A stretch of DNA of 63,927 nt, filler included, from Octopus bimaculoides (GCF_001194135.2; 7 parts of 7 records of this genome joined end to end with filler, not necessarily neighbours in it), one strand, 5' to 3'. Counted from the first letter of the whole stretch, positions 40,729-53,112 are shown. Notes: generated by a model not told the origin, from the sequence alone. Numbers and translations: made by a program.

Positions 40729-43230
40729 CTGACAGTGACTTTTCGCCAGTCGCTAATGTTTCATCAGACTACTACTACTACTACTACTACTACAACTACT
40801 ACCATCACTACTACTACAGTGTTTGGAAGCCAAGGATTGAGAAAACTTCGAAGTCCCTGTTAGGCTTTTCTTGTAATGCTAAGCCATCATCGGACAGTTC
40901 GATGATGGCTTATCTAGCCGAAACTTCGAAGTCACTATTGATACTATTTTTATTAAAGAATAATGAAATTGTACTCTACAAAATGTATTTAAAGCTGTGA
41001 CAGTCGCTACTCCAGATTCTTGTTTCCGTTTTCGAAGAACAGAGAAGCGAAAAACCCCGAGTATCGACTCACAGACTCAACTTTAAATAACTTACTCCAC
41101 CTCGCCTTGGAGTATTGAATAACATTTCTGCTTAATTGCAGCCTACACTGTGTGAATCATATTCATTATTCATTATTCTCACTCTTCTCCTCCCCCTCTC
41201 TCTCTTTCTCTCTTTGTCTGTTTTCATATACATACATACACACACACACACACACATACACACACACACACACACACACATACACACACACACACACACA
41301 TACACACACATGTATATATGGACGTATGTGTATACAAGTGCAATTTTTTACCGCGTTCTATTTATGGTCTTTCTTCACCTATAAGATACAATTCAATTAA
41401 TTACTTCTTGTCTGATTCATCCAAATTCATGCCAAAGACTCATTTCAGTTATTTCCCTTCGATCATATTATTTTTAATTAAGTAAATTATATTCCCCTAA
41501 AGATTATTCTTAACGCTTTTCCTATATCTATAAGCCTTTACAGTCCCGAAAAGGTTATATCGCACTGATGAAGTCCAGTATGTCGAAACCTGCTGTCCTT
41601 GTTTTCTTGTCGTTTCCCTGCAAAGAAAATCAGACTCACCCCTAAGCATGCAAATTAATATTCAGAGATTAGTTACAATTTTTTTTTCAAACAATTCTTA
41701 TAGAGCAATTACTACGCAACAGACATTGTGACGAAAGGATCATTGGTTAGTAAACCACTTTGTCGTTTATTCTTCAGGATATCCATCTGTTAAAATCCTG
41801 GCACCGACAGTTAATCGTTTAGAATTCTCATCAACAGTATATTTTAAAGAATATGCAGTGAGTTTTTTTTATTTGTCTTCTGCATGTCCGAAGCATCGTA
41901 TGAAGGCGCGTGGCTTAGTGGTTAGGGTAGTCGGCTCTCGATTGTCAGTTCATGAGTTCGATTCTCAAGAACGGCATTTTATTTCACCTTGCACCGGCTA
42001 ACATATACATACATACACACACACACACACACATACACACACACCCGGCTAACAATGATCAGTAGTGCCTGTATTTCAAAGGGTCAACCTTTACGCATTA
42101 TGTGGACTGGTGGTAAAGGTAAGTGTAGATAAACTGAGTGAGGGGGACATTCTGAACTGTCCTGTCCGGGGTTCAATCCTGAGAAGGAGGTGAGAGTCTT
42201 TTTTATTTTTATTTTTTTCGTTTATACAAAAATATTTTCTTGATAGAGATTGAAACCTCTACCTTCATACAAGGTTATTGATCAAATTACTAACACCTTT
42301 ACCTATTAGGCCATCAAACCAACACCTGACAAAGAATTTGAAAATGAGATATTTAAATTTATTTTTATTATTGATTTAATGCTCTGGTCGATTTAGTTAT
42401 CTTATTTTCCACAGAAGTTAACAGGGCACCCAATGTAAGTAAAGACACAGATAAATAAGCTGTGATAGGACATCCTGCATAATCTGGTAGTGGATTCAAC
42501 CAGAGTGTAAGATTTTTCATTTAAATTCTTTTTTTTTTTTAACAATGGTTTCAACAAAAAAAAACTTTAATAAGTGGAGATTGAAACCTCTATCATCTTG
42601 CAATGCTATTGAACTAATTATAAATACCTTTATTCAGAGGGTCGTCTCTGCAGCAACAAGAACAAGCTTAAAAATGGGATATTTATTTAAATCTATACTC
42701 AATAATGATCTGATGCTGGGTTAAATTTAAATATCTCATTTTTACTGAACCTAGAAGTGGGAGACCTAGTAAACCAGTGGGTTAATGGCATGGTGAGGCA
42801 GAACAACAGCTAAGATGCGAGATTCTGTCCACGGTTCAATATTGCACAATATTATCCAACTCTCTCTTTCTTGGTCTATGCATATATACATATATATACA
42901 TGCATATATACACAAAATGTATACATGCATATATATTCTAATATAAAGTGAAGTGTGCAGTTACTGTTTATACTTCATTTAAAGAATTAACATTATTCTA
43001 ATATATATATATATATATANNNNNNNNNNNNNNNNNNNNNNNNNNNNNNNNNNNNNNNNNNNNTTAATTAATTAANNNNNNNNNNNNNNNNNNNNNNNNN
43101 NNNNNNNNNNNNNNNNNNNTGTATGTATGTATGTATGTATGTATGTATGTATGTATGTATGTATGTATGTATGTATGTATGTATGTATGTATGTATGTAT
43201 GTATGTATGTATGTATGTATGTATGTATGT

Positions 43231-43396
43231 GCAGGAGTGGCTGTGTGGTAAGAAGCTTGCTTCCCAACCACATGGTTCCAGTTTCTGTTCCACTGCATGG
43301 TACCTTAGGCAAGTGTCTTCTGCTATAGCCTCAGGCCAACCAAAGCCTTGTGAGTGGATTTGGTAGACAGAAACTGAAAGAAGCCTGTCGTATATG
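43231..43396 (+). mobile_element. SINE family A 5' half
   Basis: GGAGTGGCTGTGTGGTAAGAAGCTTGCTTCCCAACCACATGG...GAAAGAAGCCTGTCG. Confidence 0.88.
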
Positions 43397-43448
43397 TGTG
43401 TGCATATATATATATATATATATCTATATATATGTATANNNNNNNNNN

Positions 43449-43689
43449 GACAATTTGACTGGGAACTGGCGAACCAGATGGCTACACCAGACTCCAATCT
43501 GATCTGGCAGAGTTTCTATAGTTGGATGTCCTTCCTAATGCCAACCACTCCAAAAGTGTAGTGGGTGCTTTTTATGTGCCACCGACACGAGGGCCAGTCC
43601 GGCGGTACTGGCAACGACCACGCTCAAATGGTGTTTTTTACATGCCACCTGCATAGGAGTCAGTCTAATGTTTTGTTCACATGCCACCA

Positions 43690-43690
<1 letters not shown>
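43449..43690 (-). mobile_element. RTE 3' UTR fragment
   Basis: Reverse complement matches ~59130-59385 (GGCTACACCAGACTCCAATCTGATCTGGCAGAGTTTCTA...CGACCACGCTCAAATGGTG). Confidence 0.8.
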
Positions 43691-43729
<39 letters not shown>

Positions 43730-45995
43730 GTGTGTGTGTAGACATACATACACACATAAATGTGTGTGTCTATATGTATTTGTGGATAACAGCAATTGAG
43801 AAGTATGTCTACTGTGATGTTAACATTGCAATGCACCTATTTTATCAAACGTTCCATAGTTTCTATCACACTGGAAAAAGAAAACAAAAATTTCTACACT
43901 ATTCGACACTACATGTAGTTGTTACCATCAGAATATAGTTAGATGTTGAAAATACATGAATGTTCCAACTGAACAAGATTGCTCTTTGATTGATTGTCAG
44001 AACTGAATTGAATTCAATGGATATAATAATAAGTGGAAGATTTTATTAGAAAGCCATTGTCACAACAAAATTGTGCATTGAAAAGAGGCCTCTGTTAGCT
44101 GTTAAATGTTATTAATTGGTTCAATAATAATCCAACTTTCACAAGTTATTTGTTGGGAGCTTATGACTAGCTGAGATGGAACTTGATTCTGTAATCAATT
44201 TTTCTTAGGTTATTAAGGAATTTATTAACAATTCTGGATCATGTGAAAGTATGATGAATGTCTTGGTGCTAAGGAACCGTCACAAATTAGCTAATTGATT
44301 ACTGTTTTATTTGAATTCTACATTGTTTAGCAATTACTTCATTGTCTCCTTTCTGCTCATTTTAAGACCTCCGGCAGTTGTAATATTTAAATAACATTAG
44401 CTAATTTATTTTTTAGAATTATTTTTTTTATGCAGGTCACAGATCATTAGTTTTAATTATAAATTTTCTAATTACAATTTGAATATCATATTTCAATTTA
44501 AATATTATAAAAGATATCTAGTTGTTGTAAATGTTATTCATGTTTCAATAGTTTTAAACTTACTTGTAGAGGATGCATAATTTTAAGCCATGTGTCAAGA
44601 ATGTTATTTGTACATTAATTCCATTATAAGGATAAACTAAATTTTGGCTTTTCTGGCACCACAAAATAATCATCATCGAATTCATCCTTGTCATTATTAT
44701 CATCATCATTGTTGTCATCTGTGTAGTTATTATTATCTCATCATCTTTGTCATCATTGACATCAGCTTCTCCTCTTACACTGCTACCTCCTCCTCACAAC
44801 CACCACCGCCGCCGCCGCCACCACCACCACTACCACCACCTTCAGTAGCAGCAGTAGCAGCAACAGTACCAGCAAAAGCACCAGCAACAGCAACAACAGC
44901 ACCAACACAACCACCATCATCGTTGTGCTGCATTGTCTCGAGTATGCATCATCTCTTCTGTGGGGTTCAACATCATGAGATCATGCAGAGAAAATCAAGT
45001 AAGCATTTACTGTGATTCAACACACATACATACACACACAGTTACACACACATTTGCATACACAAACAGACATGTACACAAACAGACATGTACACAAACA
45101 GACTCACAGAGAGAGTTCTTTAAATAATATGCACAAGAAGAAAAATCTCAGAAAGGAAATGATTAAACTACGACACTGGAATGTTTCATAAAGCAACATA
45201 TATAATCTATAGGCAAGTATTAGAAGCCACTCTGAAATTGGAAAGAAATCTGCCACTCCATAGCCAAGCAACAAACAAGAATTGTCAGCTAAAATTTTGA
45301 AACACCAGTAGTTTCTGTTTCTCACACATGAGTAATGGTATTATTAGTCCTCTATACTGTGACACAACACTAAACATATCACATCCTGCAGTCAGTTAAT
45401 ATACAACACACAAAAGAAAAGCAAGAGCAAAACCTCACATATAAAAGGATATAACAAAAACAAAAAAGTCTTGCAAATGAAACAACTAGTTCTTGAGCTG
45501 ATGTGGAAGCCTCTACATGGTCTCTTGATCAACTAAAATCCAGTCAAATTTCATTAAAATCCAAAACTACCTTCTTAAAAAAGAGAGGAAATATAGCATA
45601 ATGTAGTTTTAGATGTTTGAAAACAAAATGATGAGATGGTAACAGCTGGAATATCCTCAGACATATGTTTTCTTGAGTAGGATAAGAAGAACAACAACAT
45701 GTTTGTATATTTGTGCATGTATGTGCGTTTGTGTGAGTTTCCACATTTTTACTTCACATTAACACTGTCTGGGCAAAAAATGCCGATGCTTGTTTATGTC
45801 TGTTGTAGTTTGGCAGTTTGGTTAGTTTTGACATGAAAGGTCAGTAAAATAAAAATACTTTACTTGAGAAACATATAAGGATTGGCAACAAGAATGGCAT
45901 CTGGTTGTAGAATATTGTGCCAATAAATTTTGTTCAACCCCTACCAGCTAGGAAAATGCTAAAATAAAATATAATGGTGACAATGGTGATAACTA

Positions 45996-46089
<94 letters not shown>

Positions 46090-46244
46090 TACACACACAA
46101 ACATACACGCACACCAGCATCTCACACACCTGCTAATCCACACCACTATACTTCTGTATATCCATGCCTGTACTGACATACATGCACTCCAAAATAAGAG
46201 AAGAAACACATACAGCATGTATGTGTGTGTGTGTGTGTGTGTAT

Positions 46245-46510
46245 CATCATCATCGTTTAATGTCCGTTTTCCATGCTGGCATGAGTTGGACGGTTTGACT
46301 GAAGTCTGGAAAGCTAGCGGCTGCACCAGGTTCCAATCTGATCTGGCAATGTTTCTACAGCTGGTTGCCCTTCCTAACACTAACACTCCGAGATTGTAGT
46401 GGCACAGTAGCTAGTCAGGCAGTCCTGGCATTAATCAAGTTCAGATAGTGCTTTTTATGTGCTACCAGCATGGGAGCCAGTCAGTGGGCACTGGCCACAG
46501 CTACGATTTT
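46245..46510 (-). mobile_element. RTE 3' end fragment with (CAT)n tail
   Basis: CATCATCATCGTTTAATGTCCGTTTTCCATGCTGGCATGAGTTGGACG is the reverse complement of 59390-59443. Confidence 0.8.
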
Positions 46511-46551
46511 GGTTTTACTTGTGTATATGTGTGTGTGTGTGTGTGTGTGCG

Positions 46552-46595
<44 letters not shown>

Positions 46596-46665
46596 TGTTA
46601 AATAAAATGAGACAACAAAGCCAAGGCAGTGTGAAATTTCAAGGATATTTATAAAGAGAAAGGTA

Positions 46666-46713
46666 GTCTTACAGCTGTTTCAGGGATATGAGGGATATCA
46701 CTTCATCTGAGAC
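46666..46713 (-). ncRNA. Degenerate minimal type I hammerhead ribozyme in the Penelope 3' region
   Basis: Minus strand reads GTCT-CAGATGA-AG TGATAT CCCTC ATATC CCT-GAAAC-AGCT-GTA-AGAC. Stem I is GTCT/AGAC, stem II is GATAT/ATATC, and stem III is palindromic with a GUA cleavage triplet. The core CUGAUGA is mutated to CAGAUGA. Same strand as the PLE ORF. Confidence 0.75.
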
Positions 46714-46886
46714 GATATGAGAGAGTTAAATAGAGGGAAATAGCAGAGTTCAATATAAGAAGTTATTTTGGAAAGGGAGAGATATAGGGAGTATAAATGG
46801 AAGTAAGAGAGTAAAAATAAAAATATATGTTGGATGTTACAGTTGCAGTACCATTATCCCAGGAAAACACTGTGTAAAATGGGTAG

Positions 46887-47035
46887 AAAGGCTTCTTGTC
46901 CATGGTATGTAAATTCCAGTAGGAGATCATATTTTGTTATGACAGATGGATAGTGTGGAGAATTAATGTCACCACACTACCCATCTGTAATATGAACTCC
47001 TATCGGAATTTACATACTATGGATAAGAAGCCTTT
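46887..47035. repeat. ~150-bp imperfect palindrome (arms 72 and 64 nt, 13-nt loop)
   Basis: Left arm AAAGGCTTCTTGTCCATGGTATGTAAATTCC...ACAGATGGATAGTGTGG pairs with right arm CCACACTACCCATCTGT...GGAATTTACATACTATGGATAAGAAGCCTTT. About 6 substitutions and one 8-nt indel. Confidence 0.9.
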
Positions 47036-47169
47036 TGCAGCAAGTGCAGATCTTCTCTCCAAGACTCTGACTAGAACTCTTTGACTATCTACTCTCTCTT
47101 GACAACTAGCTACTGGTCTACTTATGGCAGGTTCCTACCACTTTTTACTGGGTGGGGTATACAATTTCA

Positions 47170-48330
47170 CTATACAAGCAATATTGGATTTAGAATTCTT
47201 ATAAAGTATTTTTCTTTTGCCTTTCCTAGTTGATCATTTTTAACACTTATTTTGTAAAAGAGAAATATTAAAATTTTTCCTTTTGCAGAAATATCTAGAT
47301 GTTTACTACATGGAACATTTCTAGGAGTTGGATCTTTAATTTGCTGTTTATGCATGTTTACACAGCTGGTTAGGTTTGTTCCTATTTCCCCAATGTAATT
47401 CTCCTTGCATTGTTGGAATGTGATGCAGTAGATGATATCTTTTGTTTTGCAATTCATACTTGTATTCACTTTCAGTTCTTTCTCATTCTTTAATATTATG
47501 GCTGTTCCTTGTCCAATTATTTCACATGTCCCACAATGAGAGTCTCCAGAGTTTGTTACCAGTATCATTTCTTTCTCCAGTATGAATCTCATTTTTGTTA
47601 GGAGTCTCTTGAGATGTGGTGGTTGTCATTGGCTGTTGATGATTTGTGATTTTTTAAATTATTTGTTGGAGATTTGATGATCAGGGTAGAACTGGAGGGT
47701 ATTGTTTAACCGAATGTAGACTGTTGCAGTTCCTGGGATTATGGGTGGCAACAAATGAAATATTTATTTTTGTATTTTTGTTTCTACCCTCAGTGAGAGT
47801 GTTTCTCCATAAAGTAGGGATTGGGATTTCTTTTGCTTTGGTTATGGTATGATTTATCAGCTTTTTGGATTATTTCTATCTTTGAAAGAACATTGTAAGA
47901 TCTATAAGTCGTTTCTCTTGTCAGTGTGTGTCTATAACTCTTGAGCATATACATCTTGCCATATTGAATAGTATGTTCATTTTTGTATGGGAAGGGTGGA
48001 AAGATCTAAACTCTAAGTATTCGTGTATGTCTGTGTCCTTGCACTAGAGATCGGTTCTAACCATTTCATTTTCTTTAACAATTAGAATGTCCAGGAAAAG
48101 GGAGTTCCCTTTCATTCATTTCCATTGTGAACTGGATTGATTCAGGAATGCTGTTTATTAATTTAAGGAATCTTATAAGGTCCTCATTACTTTTGTTCCA
48201 AAATATGAAGCAGTCAGCCAAGAATCTTTTCCAAGTTACCAGTTAAATAGGTTTGGAAATGATGATCAAAAGTGATTCTAAACAGGATATAGATGTCTTC
48301 TTCTAGGTATCACATTATTAGTGTTTCAAA
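47170..48330 (-). pseudogene. Penelope-like element relic: RT C-terminal half plus GIY-YIG endonuclease
   Basis: Order of motifs: TWKRFLADCFIFW (YxDD), IQFTMEMNERELPFLDILI, FVATHNPRN, QPPHLKRLLT, then ORF 47170-47592 CGTCEII...MNCKTKDIIYCITFQQCKENYIGEIG..L....N.HKQQI...KEKYFI..LNP (GIY-YIG). Several stops and frameshifts. Confidence 0.92.
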
Positions 48331-48370
48331 TATCAGTATGACTTTCGTTATCATGTAGGTAGTATTGGTT

Positions 48371-48590
48371 ATCTTTTATCATTTTCTTGTTTCAGTTATT
48401 AGACTGTGGCTATGCTGAGGCACTGCCTTGAGGAATTTTAGCTGAATGAATCGACCCCAATAATTTTTTTAAAAGCCTTGTATCTATTCTATTAGTCTCT
48501 TTTGCTGAAAGTTAAGTTACAGGGATGTAAACACACCAACACCAGTTGTCAAGCTGTGGTGTGGGACAAATACAGACACAAAGACACACA
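48371..48590 (-). mobile_element. SINE family A 3' half, CpG-decayed
   Basis: GACTGTGGCTATGCTGAGGCACTGCC...TCGACCCC...GTTGTCAAGCTGTGG. Confidence 0.8.
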
Positions 48591-48939
48591 TATATGTATG
48601 TTTGTTTGTATGTATATATGTATGTACGTGTGTGTATGTGTATGTATGTATGTATGTATGCATATGTGTGTGTGTGTGTATGTGTGTGTGTATGTGTGTG
48701 TGTGTGTGTGTGTATTTGTAACGTGGTTGCTGATGCAAAACTTATCTGGTCATAGAAACCAGGGTAAATGAATTCTATGAACACTGGTCTAAAAATCTAG
48801 CAGCATCCAATAAGAAATGACTCAGACTGTGACAATCTGATCAGACCATACCAGAAAAGGAATGTAAAATAATGACAATGATGATAATAATATATACATA
48901 TATAAATATGCATACACATACATTTACATTTGCCTATAT

Positions 48940-48953
48940 ATCATCGTCATCAA

Positions 48954-49007
<54 letters not shown>

Positions 49008-49290
49008 GTAACGTCTGTTTTCCATGTTGGTATGTATTGGATGGTTTGACAAGAGCTGATAAGGCTGGGGGATTGCACCAAACTCCATTGTCTGTTTTGG
49101 TATGGTTTCTGTGACTGAATACCCTTCCTAATGTCAACCACTTTACAGAGTGTACTAAGTGATTTTTACATGGCACTAGCACCAGTTCTTTTTATGCGGC
49201 ACTAGCACCAGTGCTTTTTATGTGACACAAGTACCAGTGCTTTGTACATGGTACCAGCACTGACAGGATCACTGAGTAACTTGCAAGACA
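48940..49290 (-). mobile_element. Diverged RTE 3' end fragment with expanded (CAT)n tail
   Basis: (CAT)n followed by GTAACGTCTGTTTTCCATGTTGG...CCCTTCCTAATGTCAACCACTTTACAG...TTTTACATGGCACT. Confidence 0.7.
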
Positions 49291-50458
49291 AAACCCCCTC
49301 AGCTGGGAAGAAGGAGTAGTAGTGAGGGGTGTGATAGCTTTGTGCCAGTTGATGAGACATTAGAGGTATAGAGGGACAGAGGTAGGTATCCTGCTGTATA
49401 GTAGATACATGAATATTTGAGTTGAAATAAAGAGGAGGGCGGTGAGTCAGTGAGATGTAGCATGTGCCTATTCTGCTCTCAAGTGGATTTCGTATGCTTT
49501 AGGGTACATGATATGAAACTGGTTATATTTTATAAAAGTCACTTAATATAATGAATATAAAAATACTAAATTATCATATATAGAGTGCATTAACGAAGGG
49601 GTGACAGTGGGTAAATATGAAGCCAGTAAAAGTATTCAACAGAATAAAGTAAACACAACAGAATTAAAAAATAGAAGATGAAATAAGAAAAAATAATGTA
49701 TATCATAAATATGTGCTTTCCAAAGATTTGGCTGTACAGTTGTTTGTGTAGTAACCTGCAAAGTTCTTACATTCTCTAGAATTCTTGTAATTCACTAGGC
49801 AAAGATGGTGAGGGAGATGCACTGAAACAGCCTCTCTGACTCACAGGGTTTGCACTTGTGGATAGCCATCTCCACCCCAGTAGCAGTGTGCAAGGATATG
49901 GTGTGAAAGCAGAGAATAGTGGAGGTCTCCACTTCCACAGGTTCATCCATAAACCTGTTAGAGAGCAACTGATACATTGACAGTTTGCTTTTCTCAGCCT
50001 GATGAAGCCTGGGCTGGAAGCTGAACACACTAAGTTGCCGCCGGAGAAGATGTCATAGCATATGGAATACCAGATGAGACGCCTACTGCTACAGAACAGA
50101 TAAATTGTCATGCCGTCAGACCTTTTACCATCCCTTTATTTGGGAAGGTAAACATGTGGCACCAAGGTTGTGCTTTATGATTTCATTAAGGGCATTATAT
50201 NNNNNNNNNNNNNNNNNNNNNNNNNNNNNNNNNNNNNNNNNNNNNNNNNNNNNNNNNNNNNNNNNNNNNNNNNNNNNNNNNNNNNNNNNNNNNNNNNNNN
50301 NNNNNNNNNNNNNNNNNNNNNNNNNNNNNNNNNNNNNNNNNNNNNNNNNNNNNNNNNNNNNNNNNNNNNNNNNNNNNNNNNNNNNNNNNNNNNNNNNNNN
50401 NNNNNNNNNNNNNNNNNNNNNNNNNNNNNNNNNNNNNNNNNNNNNNNNNNNNNNNNNN

Positions 50459-50973
50459 GGACATCACCAACTGTAAACAACATGAAGTATGAAAACAAAT
50501 GAGTTGAATACGCAAACAACGAGAGAAAAAATGGAAAACAGGACAAGTAACACAAAGAACGACCCTTCATCAGTTGTCGGCTGTCTATCTACTCCTCATT
50601 TCGAGCATTCAATGACAATATGAGTCTTTGAAGACAGTTGCTCCCATGACTTCTAAAATAAAATTTTGGATTTATGGAGGGTCAAAGTTGGAAACAAAAA
50701 CAGGACAGTGGAGATATACAAGGAAACCAAACGAAAACAAACAACGTTAGACCAGAACAAGGAGAAAATAGAAGTCATGGGAGCAACTGTCTTCAAAGAC
50801 GCATATTGTCGTTGAGTGCTCGAAATGAGGAGTAGATAGACAGCCGGCAACTGATGAAGAGTCGTTCTTTGTGTTACTTGTCCTGTGTTCCATTTTCTTC
50901 TCTTGTTGTTTGCATATTCAACTTGTTTATTCTCGTACTTCATATTGTTTACAGTTGGTGATGTCCTGTACCC
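50459..50973. mobile_element. Fold-back element: ~197-bp inverted arms around a 113-bp spacer, adjoining (TA)n
   Basis: 50459-50655 (GGACATCACCAACTGTAAAC...CCCATGACTTCTA) is the near-exact reverse complement of 50769-50966. The left tip is lost in an N gap. Confidence 0.85.
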
Positions 50974-51131
50974 ATATATGCATATATATATATATATATA
51001 TATATAATTTTTATTGTCATTTAATTGAACACTACACATGCATTTCCAAGTAAGTATATATATATATATATATATATATATGTTATTTATATTATCATTT
51101 AATTGAACACTACACATCCATTTCCAAGTAA

Positions 51132-51179
<48 letters not shown>

Positions 51180-51629
51180 TTATAAGATGGACATTATTTG
51201 GAAAGAAATTAGATTTTAGAATTTGCAACAATTCTTAGAAATTATCAATATATGATAATTTCGCTTTCTTTCTGTTTCTGATTTTCTTTTTTTCTTTTTT
51301 CTTTTTGGCTTTCACATCTTTTTTTCCTGGATTTGATCTGTTAACAAGTAGAGCTTGAAAATATTCATAGGGAATCGGTGCCTTGTTCAAAGACTTGGCA
51401 GAAAGATATTATTGAAATCCTTCACTTTCTGGTTGAATGCCAAGAGATGAAATTGTTATAGCAATTAAGATTCTTGGTGATATTCATCACTATAAATGGA
51501 GGATATGCCACACTTATACAAAAAAATTTGTTAAATTTAGAGAACAAAAAATCTCTATATATGTATACACTCACAAACACATTTATACGTGTGTCTTTAC
51601 ATATACAATAATATACAGATTTTTGTTCC

Positions 51630-51674
<45 letters not shown>

Positions 51675-52313
51675 TATGCTTTAGCACACTTAAAGATAAC
51701 ACTGTAGTCTTTACACTTCCTTGCAACAGTATCTGAGAACTTTTGAGTTTTAAATATGAAACATAAGCACACACATACATACTCATATAATGAATATTAA
51801 AAAGAAATGGAGAATGTGTTGTTGCTCTCAGAAGAAATGTACCTAGACTCCCATCAAGGTCAGAATTAAAGGTCAGCTGCTATATAAAGCATTCTTAAAT
51901 TAGAAAAGTACATTAATGGATAGGCTAATTTGCATACTTGTAATTTTACCAGCTTGTCATTAATTAAATAATATCTACTTCATACCCAGCCCATCTTAAA
52001 TCAGAAGAAATGCAATAAAGCTAAATATTACAAAACCCCACTGTGAGTGAAATAAGAATATAAACACATTCTTTCTTGTACATCAGTAGCTGAAAAAGAG
52101 ATATTCAATTGGGAGAGTTTAATATTATCTACTCAATTTAATTCATGAGTCCTTGGTAGAAGATACATACTTGATATGTACCCTGCTATCTGCCTGGTCC
52201 AGCATTTGCATAAAATATATGTATTTTTAAACTGTAATAATTAAGTTACATAATTCATAACATCATGACATATTCATCACACACACATGCGCAAAAATAT
52301 ATGTATGTACATA

Positions 52314-52359
<46 letters not shown>

Positions 52360-52389
52360 TGTGTGTGCATATATAGTTTTTTAAATTTT

Positions 52390-52599
52390 TTATCCTTTTG
52401 CTCGTTTCAGTCATTTGACTGTGGCCATGCTTGAGCACTGCTTTAAAGGATTTTAGTTGAAGAAATCGACCTTGGGTCTTATTCTTTGTCAGCCTAGTAT
52501 CTATCCTATCAGCCACTTTTGCCAAACCACTAAGTTACAGAGACATAAACATACCAACATCAGTTGTCAAGCAATGGTGGGAACATACACAGACACAGG

Positions 52600-52664
<65 letters not shown>

Positions 52665-52829
52665 CACGACAGGCTTCTTTCAGTTTCCATCTACCAAATC
52701 CACTCACAAGGCTTTGGTCTGCCCAAAGCTATGGTGGAAGACATTAGCCCAAGGTGCCACACAATAGGACTGAATCCAGAACCATGTGGTTGGAAAACAA
52801 GCTTCTTACAACACAGCTATGACTGCACC
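52390..52829 (-). mobile_element. SINE family A full-length copy, CpG-decayed
   Basis: Colinear with the reference copy, with many CG>TG/CA changes. Confidence 0.88.
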
Positions 52830-52834
52830 TATAA

Positions 52835-53112
52835 GAGGTTGTTTTCCTCAAGGTATATAATTATTCTTTTTGGACAATGCATTTAACAATTTTAGATGTG
52901 TAAGATGTGAGAGAATTAAGTATGTAAATTTTAGCTTCAACTTTGCTACCTCCTTTGTGTATAGCTGTTACTTCTGTGTCTTCCTGGCAATGTGCTAGTA
53001 TCTAGCAACTTTTGAAATAGCATCTTTAAAGGTTTGGAGAGGCTGTTTGTGCAAGTTTTTAATGGTATGACCAGAAGAGTATCTGGTCCAGATGCTGAGC
53101 TTCACTCTAGGT
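52835..53112 (-). mobile_element. CR1/L2-clade LINE reverse transcriptase fragment
   Basis: Minus strand reads SASGPDTLLVIPLKTCTNSLSKPLKMLFQKLLDTSTLP, then after a frameshift EVTAIHKGGSKVEAKIYILNSLTSYTSKIVKCIV. This matches the CR1 region KA.GPD..P..LK.C...L..PL..LF..SL..G.LP..W..A.VTPIHKGG....NYRPISLTS..SK. Confidence 0.8.

Noticed and set aside
50790-50870. Type II hammerhead in the fold-back arm (GCTC-GAAA ... CTGATGA-A-GAG)
   Set aside because: Stem II is possible, but no stem I, stem III or NUH cleavage site can be formed between the two cores.
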